Shown here: piece by piece, positions 17,735-27,416 of the stretch
Layout: the number at the start of each line of letters is the position of its first letter
How positions within the stretch are numbered: position 1 is the first letter of the stretch
DNA from: an uncultured bacterium
GTDB lineage: Bacteria > UBA8481
Length of the DNA: 64,000 nt
Assembly (NCBI GenBank): GCA_964499705.1
Contig: CAZCME010000007.1
Span: 62,001 to 126,000, forward strand
Direction: 5' to 3'
Notes under the pieces: generated by a model
What the model was told of the DNA's origin: nothing
Database searches by the model: none
Seen by the model: only the letters and a program-made list of their open reading frames with translations
Position numbers and translations under genes: made by a program

Positions 17735-20209
17735 TCAGCGCTCTCCCATCTGAACGAAGAGCGGATGATGCAGTTCCTTGCGGAAGCTCGGTTGCCCCGC
17801 GATGATCTTCGAACCGCGTAGACGCTCGCCGCGCGCTTCCCGGTAGCCTTTCTCGATCGCGCCGCGAACGAGATTGTCCGCGAAATCGAGCATGCAGAGC
17901 TGGGGCGGTGACGGGCGGAGCGTGAAGATCGCGACGTCGCGTTCGCGCGCGCGCGCGTCGAGAAGCTGCGCCTGGCCGTAGAGATATTCCAGCGCGCCCG
18001 CGGTGTTCCCCACGAGATGACCCATCTCCTGCCGTTCCGCGTCCGGCGAAACTTCCAGGACAATCACATGGGTCGCTCCCCACTTCACCGCCGCCTCGAC
18101 AGGGCTGTTGTGCGCGAAGGCTCCGTCGATCAGTTCCACACGGTCACCGCGGCCCGGAAAATCGGAGATGAGGCGGGGAGGAAATACCGGGAAGACGGAA
18201 CCCGAACCCATCACGACGTCGAAGAGGAGGGAGGGATGATCGGCCAGCGCCACGCCGTGCGCGCCGTAGGCCGGCGGAGCGGCCCTGCTGCCGCGCGATG
18301 CCAGATGGAAATAGAGATCGTTCGGCAACGAGGCCGTCCGCGAAAGACAGGAGGCCGTCACCACGAGATCACGCTTCAGAAGTCCTTCCCTGTTCACGAT
18401 CCCGCTCAATGATTTCAAGGTCTCGGCGGCGGATCCGGCCAAGCCGCGCGACACCCGGGCCTCTTCGCTCGCCTTCGACATCACAAGCCGGCTGAATTGC
18501 TCCGCATAAACGGTCTCGACGCCCGCTCCGGAACAGAGCGTCTTCTCCACGAAGAGCGCGGTCCATGTATGAAGGAGCGGAATCGCCACGGCGCCGAAAA
18601 TGAGCGCGATCCGCAGGCGGGGCAGAAGAGGGGTCGCCTCTTCAAGACCAACCCGCTTCAGCGACCGGCGCGACGCATAGACCAACAGAAGTGCGCCGGC
18701 AACGAGGAGAATCCATCCGCCCCAACGCGCGCCAAGCGTCAGGAGAAGAAAGAGATGATGCATCGTATGATTCGTGCCGAGCCGGCTCCACGACGGACGA
18801 AGCTCGCTGCCCAGCAGGATGAGAAACGCCGCGCCCGCCCAGATGATGACGCACGCGATGAAGGCGCGCCGCCGGCGCCCCGCGGCTCGATTACCGATGA
18901 ACAACCCGAGCCAGACCACAAGGCAGGTCTGCCAGAATCCGGAGAGAATTTCCAGGAACGGCGAGAGCCGGACAAGATCGCGCTGGTCGAAACCATCCCA
19001 TGCCTTGCCGACCGACTCGATGCCCTCCGGAGTCGCCGTGATTCCCAGCGCCGTCGGAACGGCGTTGATCGCTCCGCCCGACGTTCCGACGACCAGCGCG
19101 ATATCGAGCCTCGAATCTCCCGTGGATTCGCGCAAGCCTCGAAGCGCTTCCTCGATCGCGGCCAGCGCGCCGACCTCGAAGGCGCACTTCGCGCCGCCGC
19201 CCGCGAGCACGACGGCCAGCCGGAAAGGCCGCGCCTCACTCCCCTGGCGCACATACTCCTCGAACATGCCGAGTATTTCCGCGAGCGTCACGGTCAGGTA
19301 TTCCGGAATATCGGGCGCGAGGTGAAGCTCGTCCATCCACCCTCGCACCGCCGCGTATCGTGTCTCGGCGTCGTCGACGCGGCGAAAAGCATGATGGCCC
19401 TCCGCATCCTCATGCTGAAGCAGGAGCCGCTCCACGAGCGCGGCATCGCGGAAGCCGCGGCGCGCGACGACGGCATCTCCCGGTATGGCGAGCGCCTCCA
19501 GTTCCGGGATCGCGACGGCACGAAAAGGTTCCGTGCTCGATCCCTCCCGCGCGCGCGCGCCCTCGTCATCCCAGACGAACGCAACCGGCTCGCGGCCTTC
19601 CAGCCGCTCCGCGACGAGCTGCGTCGAATTCCTGTGCGAGTACGTGTATTGAATCCGGTCGGGATCGAGGCTTACGCCTAGTTTCCTCAACATGAACTCG
19701 GGAGCGATCCGTCCCGAGACGGAGAGCGGATGGACGAAGAGCGGTTGGAGTTTTCCCGCGCGGAAACCGGCCATCACATCAGCGGACGAGCGGAGATTCG
19801 ATTTGTCGCGAACGAGGCAAGCGGAGCGATACTCGAAGACATAGGGACTGCCTGGCGAAGCGGCCGGCGAAGGGCGGCCGATCGTCGCGAGATACATCGA
19901 GAGCGGACCGGAAGAATCGCGGTCGTTCATGATCTCCGCGTAAAGCCCCGGCGAAAGAACCGCGATGTCGATATGGCCGTTGCGGAGCCACGCGAGGACT
20001 TCGCCGTAGCTGCCTGCCGCGACCTGGAACTTCAAGACGCCCCGCGAGGCGCGGGTGAAGTCCCGGAAGAGAGGCTGATACAGCGCCATCTCCCCGCGAT
20101 AACTCTGTATGGTGACGATCCCGACGCGCACATCCCGCGCCGCGTTCGCGCTCGGGGTGGATGCGAAAATCAAAAGCGAGACGAGGATGAAGGATGCGCG
20201 GAAGTTCAC
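17735..20209 (-). CDS. Fusion of a PhnD-like substrate-binding domain and a patatin-like phospholipase with a transmembrane insert
   Basis: Signal peptide; SYGEVLAWLRNGHIDIAVLSP, HPLSVSGRIAP, SHRNS, IPGDAVVAR (PhnD-like); GGGAK, GTSGG, DGA (patatin). Confidence 0.8.
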   Translation of the reverse strand: MNFRASFILVSLLIFASTPSANAARDVRVGIVTIQSYRGEMALYQPLFRDFTRASRGVLKFQVAAGSYGEVLAWLRNGHIDIAVLSPGLYAEIMNDRDSSGPLSMYLATIGRPSPAASPGSPYVFEYRSACLVRDKSNLRSSADVMAGFRAGKLQPLFVHPLSVSGRIAPEFMLRKLGVSLDPDRIQYTYSHRNSTQLVAERLEGREPVAFVWDDEGARAREGSSTEPFRAVAIPELEALAIPGDAVVARRGFRDAALVERLLLQHEDAEGHHAFRRVDDAETRYAAVRGWMDELHLAPDIPEYLTVTLAEILGMFEEYVRQGSEARPFRLAVVLAGGGAKCAFEVGALAAIEEALRGLRESTGDSRLDIALVVGTSGGAINAVPTALGITATPEGIESVGKAWDGFDQRDLVRLSPFLEILSGFWQTCLVVWLGLFIGNRAAGRRRRAFIACVIIWAGAAFLILLGSELRPSWSRLGTNHTMHHLFLLLTLGARWGGWILLVAGALLLVYASRRSLKRVGLEEATPLLPRLRIALIFGAVAIPLLHTWTALFVEKTLCSGAGVETVYAEQFSRLVMSKASEEARVSRGLAGSAAETLKSLSGIVNREGLLKRDLVVTASCLSRTASLPNDLYFHLASRGSRAAPPAYGAHGVALADHPSLLFDVVMGSGSVFPVFPPRLISDFPGRGDRVELIDGAFAHNSPVEAAVKWGATHVIVLEVSPDAERQEMGHLVGNTAGALEYLYGQAQLLDARARERDVAIFTLRPSPPQLCMLDFADNLVRGAIEKGYREARGERLRGSKIIAGQPSFRKELHHPLFVQMGER

Positions 20210-20652
20210 TCTCGTCCCCGGAGCGCCCTCGCGATTTCGCGCTGGGAGTCGCGCTTCTTCATCGTCTCCCGCTTGTCGTGGAGCTCCTTGCCCTTGCAGA
20301 GTCCGAACTCCACCTTCACGAGCCCGCGCTTCAGGTACATCTTCAGCGGCACGAGAGTCATGCCTTTCTGCTCGCCCTGCCCGATGAGCCGCTTGATCTC
20401 GGCCTTATGCATGAGCAGTTTTCTCGTGCGTGTCGGCTCGTGGTTCATGATGTTGCCCTGGTCGTACGGAGCGATGTGGCAATTGAGGAGCCACGCTTCG
20501 CCGCGCATGATCCGGACGAAGGAATCGCGGAGCTGGATCCGGCCGGCCTTGGCCGATTTCACCTCCGTCCCTTTCAGGGAAATTCCCGCTTCGAATGTGT
20601 CCGTGACGAAATAGCGATGGCGGGCGATCCGGTTGTCAGCAAGAAGAGTCAA
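20206..20652 (-). CDS. smpB: SsrA-binding protein
   Basis: EAGISLKGTEVKS, RTRKLLMHK, GKELHDKR. Confidence 0.97.
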   Translation of the reverse strand: MTLLADNRIARHRYFVTDTFEAGISLKGTEVKSAKAGRIQLRDSFVRIMRGEAWLLNCHIAPYDQGNIMNHEPTRTRKLLMHKAEIKRLIGQGEQKGMTLVPLKMYLKRGLVKVEFGLCKGKELHDKRETMKKRDSQREIARALRGRE

Positions 20653-22718
20653 CGCCGCTTGCCCCGACCTCGCTTGTGCCGGATCTTCAGGCGCCCGACC
20701 TTCCGGCCTGGCTTTCCGTGGCGCGCGCGGGCTCGGTCTCGTTCCGCGGGAGTATGCGGGGAGGACTTCTTCACGGGCATCCGGGATTCGCCCGCAGTAC
20801 GGGATAGCGAGAGAAATAGTTCGCGGTGAGCGATGTCGATCGCCGCGAGAATCACCTCGATCTCGTCGCCGACCTTGTAGCGCTTGCCCGTGCGACGCCC
20901 CACGAGCGAGAGCGCGTCACGCTCGAAGCGGAATTCCTCGCGGCCCAGTTCGGCGGCGGGAATCAGGCCCCGCGGCCCGAAATCCAGTGTCACGAAGAGC
21001 CCCTCGCGGGAGACGTTGTCGATCCAGCCCATGACCGTCTCGCCGAGATGCTGCTCCGCGTATTCGAGATACTTGATCCGGAGCGCGTCGCGTTCCGCTT
21101 CCATCGCCTCCCGTTCGCGCCGGCTCGTGTGACGCGCGGCCTCGGCAAGCGAATGCTTCGTGCCGATGCCGAGAATGATCCGGTGCGCCAGGAGATCGGG
21201 GTAGCGGCGGATGGGCGACGTGAAATGAGAATACGCGTCCGAGGCCAGTCCGAAATGGCCGGTATTCTCGGAGGAATATTTCGCCTCCTGCATCGTCCGG
21301 AGCGCGAGGTATTCGATGATCCGTTTCGCGGGACTGTCGCGGAAGGCGATGAGGATCTTCTGAACGCTGCCCCGCGTGGGGCCTCCCCCGATGATCGACG
21401 CCATCCGCCGCAGCCGCATGAGCTTCTCCGGATCGGGAGCATCGTGCACGCGGAAGATTCCATGCTTCTTCATCTGCTGCGCGACGTATTCGTTGGCGCG
21501 GATCATCAGTTCCTCGATAAGTCGATGCGACCAGGTCCGGTCGATCCGCTTGATCGCGATGACCTTCCCGTGCAGATCCAGGACCGGCTTTTCCTCCGGG
21601 CGATCGAGATCGATGGCGCCGCGCCCCATCCGCTCGCTGCTCCACATCTGTGCGACACGTTTCAATCCCGAGATCTCCGTATGGAAGAGGCGAGCCTGGT
21701 TACCGGAACCGGCGGCGGGCGCGCCTTGCGCCTCGATCATGTCGAGAATCACGTCGACCTCGTCATAGGTGAAACGCCGTTTCGATCGGATCACCGATCT
21801 CCCATGCCAGGCGCCGACCGTGCGGAATTCCAGGTCCAGTTCGAAGAAGACGGAGACCGTCAGTCGTTCCTGCCCTTCCACGAGGGAGCAGATGCCGTTG
21901 GAGAGCCTTTCGGGCAGCATGGGAATCACCTGCCCCGGCAGATACGTCGACGTCGCCCGGTTGTAGGCTTCGCGATCCAGGGCGGTGCCCTCGGGAATGT
22001 AATGCGACACATCGGCAATGTGAACACCGACCCGCCAGACCGCCTTCGGATTCCGCCGCGGCGGGAGCGAAGATCCGCTCAGGTGTTCCAGGGAAATCGC
22101 GTCATCGAAGTCGCGCGCGTCGGTCGGATCGATCGTGAAGACATCATGATTGCGGAGATCAATCCGGCCTTCGATATCGCGCCGGGAGACTTCATCCGGC
22201 AGCGCGCGGGCCGCAGCCTGGACATCGGCGGGAAATTCGACGGGCACGTTCCAATTGAACCGGGACGCTTCGAGCTCCACCGCCGGCGTTCCCGCTTCAC
22301 CGAGGATCCGCACCAGCCGGCCGCGCGCCGAGAGATGCTCCGTCGGGTAAGTCGTGATCTCCACAACCGCTCGCACGCCCGGCCTGATCTCCGCGCGCTT
22401 GACCGTGGAGTTCTGCAGATCGATCCGGATCGGTTCCGTCGCGCGTTCGTTGATGAGCACGGGCTCGTGTCCGCGAATATCGATCGTGCCGACGATGGAG
22501 TTGGTGGCGCGGTCGAGAATCTTGACGATCCGACCGAAATCACGGCCCTGGCGGACGGCCTTCACGACGACGACGCGATCCCCATCCATGGCGGCGCCCA
22601 GTTCGGAACCGGGTATATAGACGTCGGGCACGGCGCTGTCGACGCCCTCGAGTTCGACGTATCCGAAGCCTTCATTCAGGCGGAGGACACCCTTGTGTTC
22701 ATGATGTTCGCGCTTCAT
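20649..22718 (-). CDS. rnr: Ribonuclease R (short N-terminus); start taken at MKREHH
   Basis: GFGYV cold-shock domain; TIDPTDARDFDDA; HIADVSHY; HFTSPIRRYPDL; S1 domain; basic tail; adjacent to smpB. Confidence 0.92.
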   Translation of the reverse strand: MKREHHEHKGVLRLNEGFGYVELEGVDSAVPDVYIPGSELGAAMDGDRVVVVKAVRQGRDFGRIVKILDRATNSIVGTIDIRGHEPVLINERATEPIRIDLQNSTVKRAEIRPGVRAVVEITTYPTEHLSARGRLVRILGEAGTPAVELEASRFNWNVPVEFPADVQAAARALPDEVSRRDIEGRIDLRNHDVFTIDPTDARDFDDAISLEHLSGSSLPPRRNPKAVWRVGVHIADVSHYIPEGTALDREAYNRATSTYLPGQVIPMLPERLSNGICSLVEGQERLTVSVFFELDLEFRTVGAWHGRSVIRSKRRFTYDEVDVILDMIEAQGAPAAGSGNQARLFHTEISGLKRVAQMWSSERMGRGAIDLDRPEEKPVLDLHGKVIAIKRIDRTWSHRLIEELMIRANEYVAQQMKKHGIFRVHDAPDPEKLMRLRRMASIIGGGPTRGSVQKILIAFRDSPAKRIIEYLALRTMQEAKYSSENTGHFGLASDAYSHFTSPIRRYPDLLAHRIILGIGTKHSLAEAARHTSRREREAMEAERDALRIKYLEYAEQHLGETVMGWIDNVSREGLFVTLDFGPRGLIPAAELGREEFRFERDALSLVGRRTGKRYKVGDEIEVILAAIDIAHRELFLSLSRTAGESRMPVKKSSPHTPAERDRARARHGKPGRKVGRLKIRHKRGRGKRR

Positions 22719-22871
22719 ATAATGAGAATAGCACGCCTGTGACAAAGAAGGATATGAGTGATTTGGAATACTTCGCGTTCCGCGATTATTCGACACGATC
22801 GGAATAATCCGGGATAAGATCATTCGGGGCAGGGCAACAATCATCACCATGTTTCGAAAAGGAGTTTTTCC

Positions 22872-23666
22872 ATGACAGGCAGAATCAGATCTTGCATCAC
22901 GGTCATTTCACTCGCAACGAGCGCGGCGTTTTACGGATGCGGCGGCACTCCGACCGCACCGAAGACGGAGCCGACGACGGCGCCCCCCGCGGCGACCACT
23001 CCCGCCGTCACGGCTGGTGTCAAGGGCAACGCCTCCATCAGCGGCGTCGTGAAGTTCGACGGCGAAGCGCCGAAGATGCCTGTCATCCAGATGGGAGCCG
23101 ATCCCCTATGCAACGCGAAGCACAAGGATCCGATCGTCTCCGAAGCGCTTGTCCTCGGTGCCGACAACACGATGGCCAATGTCTTCGTCTCCGTCACCGA
23201 AGGCCTTCCCGCCGCAACCTGGCCCGCTCCGGCCGAGCCGGTCGTCCTGAACCAGGATGGCTGCCAGTACAAGCCCCACGTCTTCGGGATCCAGGCGGGT
23301 CAGACCCTGAAGATCATGAATCCCGACGGCACGCTCCATAACGTCCACGCCATGTCCAGGGTCAACGCCGAGTTCAACATGGCGATGCCGAAGACGCGCA
23401 CCGAAGCCGAGAAAGTATTCGACAAGCCCGAAGCGATGTTCCCGATCAAGTGCGATGTCCATCCCTGGATGGGCGGCTGGGTCTCCGTCATGGCGCACCC
23501 TTTCTTCGCGGTCACCGGCACGGACGGAGCGTTCACGATCACGGGGCTCCCGGCCGGCACCTACACCATCGAGGCCTGGCACGAGAAGCTCGGGAGCCAG
23601 AAAGCCAGTGTCACCGTCGCCGCCGACGGCACGGCGACCCAGGATTTCCAGTTCAAGAAACCCTGA
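22872..23666 (+). CDS. Lipoprotein with cupredoxin-like and carboxypeptidase-regulatory-like domains
   Basis: FYGC lipobox-like signal; GCQYKPHV, LHNVH, KCDVHPWM, GTYTIEAWHE. Confidence 0.75.
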   Translation: MTGRIRSCITVISLATSAAFYGCGGTPTAPKTEPTTAPPAATTPAVTAGVKGNASISGVVKFDGEAPKMPVIQMGADPLCNAKHKDPIVSEALVLGADNTMANVFVSVTEGLPAATWPAPAEPVVLNQDGCQYKPHVFGIQAGQTLKIMNPDGTLHNVHAMSRVNAEFNMAMPKTRTEAEKVFDKPEAMFPIKCDVHPWMGGWVSVMAHPFFAVTGTDGAFTITGLPAGTYTIEAWHEKLGSQKASVTVAADGTATQDFQFKKP

Positions 23667-23698
23667 CGAGAATCACCACGGCACGACAGCAATTCGAC

Positions 23699-23860
23699 AT
23701 CAAAAATATATTAACAGGATGAGCAGGATAGGCAGGATCGATTTACAGTAGATATTATGGACATGTAGTCCTGTTTTATCGGGAAGTGGTTTAATTCCTC
23801 TCAAATCCTGCCCATCATGCCCATCCTGTTAAATTTTCCGCCATCGGATGGGGAACTTCT
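23699..23860 (+). repeat. ~160-bp dispersed intergenic element, copy 1
   Basis: ttaacaggatgagcaggataggcaggat...atcctgcccatcatgcccatcctgttaa; aligns with the reverse complement of 34631-34790. Confidence 0.85.
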
Positions 23861-23917
23861 GACGGCGCGATTTGAGATTTGAGCTTTCCGGGATTGTGCC
23901 GTATCATCGCGCAGCAC

Positions 23918-24001
23918 GCCGAGGTGGTGGAACTGGCAGACGCGCTAGCTTCAGGAGCTAGTGTCCGCAAGGACGTGCGGGTTCAAGTCCCGCCCTCGGC
24001 A
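23918..24001 (+). tRNA. tRNA-Leu(CAG)
   Basis: GCCGAGG/CCTCGGC acceptor stem; CTAGC-TTCAGGA-GCTAG anticodon arm; long variable arm; GTTCAAGTC; no encoded CCA. Confidence 0.96.
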
Positions 24002-27000
24002 GATTTCCTGATTTCCGCCTGATTGCCCTCAACGCGCCCGGCCAGCAGATCGAGGATCGCCCTGATCGGGCCTTCCGCGCGCTCGGGACGCTTCTTCAGC
24101 TCATAGCCGAGATCATGCATCAACCGGTCCAGCATCGAGAGCCTCAGGAGAAAATCGAACTCCTCCTTGTCGGACGGGAGAAACCGGCCGGTCGAGGCGG
24201 CGGATTGATACGCTTCCAGGAAAATGTCGGAGATCCAGAGATGCCATGTCCGGAGCCATCCCGCAACGTGGGGTGCCTTTTCGGGCGTCACGGCTCCCTG
24301 CGCGATCGACTCTCTCAGGGCCGTCTGCGCGGCGTGGAGAAAGGACTGGAGCATGCCGGCGACATCGCGGAGCGCGGGACGCTTGTGCCGGCGCTCGCTC
24401 ACCGGTTTCCGCGGATCGCCCTCGAAGTCCATGATGACGAAATCCTTGCCGGTGTGGAGCAGTTGCGCGAGGCGATAATCGCCGTGGCAGCGGATCAGGA
24501 GCGCCGCGATCTTTCTCTGGACGATCTCGCGATAGATCGCCAGCAGCGCGGACTCGAGGCCCAGCAGATTCTCGGCGGACGGCCTCGCTGATTCGGGTAG
24601 GACCTGCAGCGACTCGCGCAGCAGAGCCAGGGTCCTGCCGGCCGTGTTCCGCAGCGACTGGTACAGGGATCTCTGATAATGAGGGCTGAATCGTTCCGGC
24701 GCGAATTCGGGGAGACGGGGTTCCGATGCGAGCGCCAGATGCATCTCCGCGGTTCTCCGGCCGAGCATCCTTGCGGATTCCAGATAGGCGCCGATCATTT
24801 CCTCGATCTCGGGAGGAAGCTCGACGTGCGACGGCAGAAGAATCGAGCCCGGCGGTTCCGGGAGCGGACGCGGATCCGTCCGCGTCATCATGCGCTCGAT
24901 GAAGCTGTGGAGATGATCGAGCGTGTAGGCCCAGGCCGTGCCCTGGTTCACGACATAGTCATGCAGTACGGCAAGCGTCCGGGGCGCCTGCCGTCCGGAA
25001 CGATACTGCACCGCGCCGGCGATTCGAAGTGACGGGAGCGATTCCGCGTGATCGTTCAGAAAGAGCCCGATCTCCAGGTCGGGATTCGGTTCATTCTCCA
25101 GTTTCCAGAAGATCTTCATCATGAACCTCTCGCCGAAGGCAACGCAGAGATTGGACCGTTTCGTCTCCACCGGCGGTGAAGGAAATAGGCTCGATCCGGC
25201 TGGAGGCTTTTTAAAGGAAGGGAGCCGGATTCCGACAGCTTCGCCTTGTCGTCCCTTCCATCGCCGACGGCCGGAGATGAGATCGAGCATTCCGGCGGAG
25301 ACCGCCGTGTCAGCGCCGGCATCATGGAGAATTCCCTCGCGCCCGCGAGCGCGCAGGATGCCGATGACATCGCGCGGAGCCCGCTCGCGGATTTTTTCCG
25401 CCGCTCTGCCGTCGGCGAATCCGATCGGCAGCACGTGCGTCTCCGCCACGTCTTCCTGGAACCGGACCTCGACGATCGCGATGCGGAATTGCGCTTCGGG
25501 AGCCGAGGGTGTCAACAGATCGACCAGGTTCGCCGCCGTAATCTGCCGCGGCTGGCCAGCCAGGCTCTGCCTGCTCATGAGCCACTCCGGCAACGCCTCC
25601 TCAAGATTTCTCAAAGCTGGATCGGCGAAGATCGCGTCCCATCGACCGTCCACGGTGAATGTCACCTCCGGAATCGGCCGGTGTTCCAGGGCAACGGCAG
25701 CCCTGGTTTTACTGAGTTCAAACCACATGAACGCATGCGGTCCCAGGCTCAGGAAATAGGAACGCTGCGTCACCACGGGAAATTCCGTTCCCCCGATCAT
25801 TTCAACCGGCACCATGCCCGTGAACGCGGAGAGATCGAGTTCCACATACTGCACGAACCGCGACAGGTTCGCGACGACCAGGAGAAGCTCGCTGTCGTGT
25901 TTCCGGAGAAAGCAGAGCACCTTGTGATTGGCCGGTCGGAGAAACTCGATGGTTCCTCGGCTGAAGGCCGGGTGGCGTTTCCGCAGGGAGATCATGCGCG
26001 TCATCCACCAGAGGAGCGAACTGGGATTCGAAAGCTGCGACTCGACGTTAACCGTCTCGTAGTGATACTCGGGATCGATGTTGACCGGAAGATACAGCCG
26101 CTGCGGATTGGCCTCGGAGAATCCCGCGTTCCGGTCCGGGCTCCACTGCATCGGCGTCCGCACGCCGTTGCGGTCGCCTAGATAGACGTTGTCGCCCATC
26201 CCGAGTTCGTCGCCGTAATAGATGACCGGCGTTCCCGGCAGGGAGAACAGCAGGCTGTTCAGGAGCTCGATGCGGCGGCGGTTGTTCTTCAGGAGAGGCG
26301 CCAGCCTCCGCCGTATTCCCAGGTTGATGCGCGCATGCGTCTCGTGCGCGTACATCCTCCACATGTAATCCCTTTCCTCGTCCGTCACCATCTCCAGTGT
26401 GAGCTCGTCGTGATTCCGGAGAAAGAGCGCCCATTGCGAGGACGAGGGGATCTCGGGTGTCTGTTCGAGAATATCGATGACGGGCAGCCGGTCCTCCATC
26501 GAGAGCGCCATGAAGAGGCGCGGCATGATCGGGAAATGGAATGACATGTGGCACTCGTCGCCCTCCCCAAAATACGCGGCGGCATCCTCCGGCCATTGGT
26601 TCGCTTCCGCGAGGAGCATCCGCCCGCGGAATTTCCGGTCGACGTGGCGCCGCAATTGCTTCAGGAACGCATGCGTCTCCGGTAGATTCTCGCACGACGT
26701 CCCTTCGCGCTCGTAGAGATAGGGGATCGCGTCGAGACGCAACGCATCGACGCCGAGATCAAACCAGAAATCGACGACCTTGAAGAGACCTCGGATGACG
26801 GCCGGATTGTCGAAATTCAGGTCCGGCTGGTGCGAATAGAAACGGTGCCAGTAGTACGCCTGGGCCACGGGATCCCACGTCCAGTTGGATTGCTCGAAAT
26901 CCTTGAAGATGATCCGCGCATCCTTGTACTTGTCCGAATTCTCGCACCAGACATAGAAATCGCGGTGCACGCTTCCGGGCGGCGCGTACCGTGCGCGCTG

Positions 27001-27369
27001 AAACCAGGCGTGCTGGTCCGACGTATGATTCATGACGAGCTCCGTGACGACTTTCAGGCCCCGTTCATGGGCTTCCCGGAGAAGAATCTTGAAGTCAGCC
27101 AGCGTGCCGTAGGAGGAAAGAACGTCGCAATAGTCGCCGATGTCGTATCCGTCGTCGCGGAGCGGAGAAGGAAAGAACGGGAGAAGCCAGATCGCGGAGA
27201 CGCCGAGATCGTGGAGGTAGTCGAGTTTCTCCGTCAGGCCCCGGAAGTCGCCGATTCCATCGCCGTCGATATCGCGGAAGGCTCGCACATGCAGTTCATA
27301 GATGACGGCATCCTTGTACCAGTCATCCGCCCCGCTCCCCTTCACAGCCTTGTCTCCCCCGCCGTGCAT
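23983..27369 (-). CDS. treS: Trehalose synthase (GH13) fused to a maltokinase-like domain
   Basis: WYKDAVIYE, RFYSHQPDLN, LRLDAIPY, LAEANQW, LRNHDELTLE; C-terminal HGDY/DFEG/RDVAGM. Confidence 0.93.
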   Translation of the reverse strand: MHGGGDKAVKGSGADDWYKDAVIYELHVRAFRDIDGDGIGDFRGLTEKLDYLHDLGVSAIWLLPFFPSPLRDDGYDIGDYCDVLSSYGTLADFKILLREAHERGLKVVTELVMNHTSDQHAWFQRARYAPPGSVHRDFYVWCENSDKYKDARIIFKDFEQSNWTWDPVAQAYYWHRFYSHQPDLNFDNPAVIRGLFKVVDFWFDLGVDALRLDAIPYLYEREGTSCENLPETHAFLKQLRRHVDRKFRGRMLLAEANQWPEDAAAYFGEGDECHMSFHFPIMPRLFMALSMEDRLPVIDILEQTPEIPSSSQWALFLRNHDELTLEMVTDEERDYMWRMYAHETHARINLGIRRRLAPLLKNNRRRIELLNSLLFSLPGTPVIYYGDELGMGDNVYLGDRNGVRTPMQWSPDRNAGFSEANPQRLYLPVNIDPEYHYETVNVESQLSNPSSLLWWMTRMISLRKRHPAFSRGTIEFLRPANHKVLCFLRKHDSELLLVVANLSRFVQYVELDLSAFTGMVPVEMIGGTEFPVVTQRSYFLSLGPHAFMWFELSKTRAAVALEHRPIPEVTFTVDGRWDAIFADPALRNLEEALPEWLMSRQSLAGQPRQITAANLVDLLTPSAPEAQFRIAIVEVRFQEDVAETHVLPIGFADGRAAEKIRERAPRDVIGILRARGREGILHDAGADTAVSAGMLDLISGRRRWKGRQGEAVGIRLPSFKKPPAGSSLFPSPPVETKRSNLCVAFGERFMMKIFWKLENEPNPDLEIGLFLNDHAESLPSLRIAGAVQYRSGRQAPRTLAVLHDYVVNQGTAWAYTLDHLHSFIERMMTRTDPRPLPEPPGSILLPSHVELPPEIEEMIGAYLESARMLGRRTAEMHLALASEPRLPEFAPERFSPHYQRSLYQSLRNTAGRTLALLRESLQVLPESARPSAENLLGLESALLAIYREIVQRKIAALLIRCHGDYRLAQLLHTGKDFVIMDFEGDPRKPVSERRHKRPALRDVAGMLQSFLHAAQTALRESIAQGAVTPEKAPHVAGWLRTWHLWISDIFLEAYQSAASTGRFLPSDKEEFDFLLRLSMLDRLMHDLGYELKKRPERAEGPIRAILDLLAGRVEGNQAEIRKSAEGGT

Positions 27370-27416
27370 TTCACCATTATAGCATGCGGAAGGATCGCGT
27401 TCGGCTCAGATGAGTG

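Noticed and set aside
20826-22742. Long antisense or alternate-frame ORFs (also 40657-42393, 45104-47197, 27918-29381, 57173-58639)
   Set aside because: They overlap motif-supported genes, are Arg/Pro/Gly-rich and lack motifs; expected from GC3 bias.
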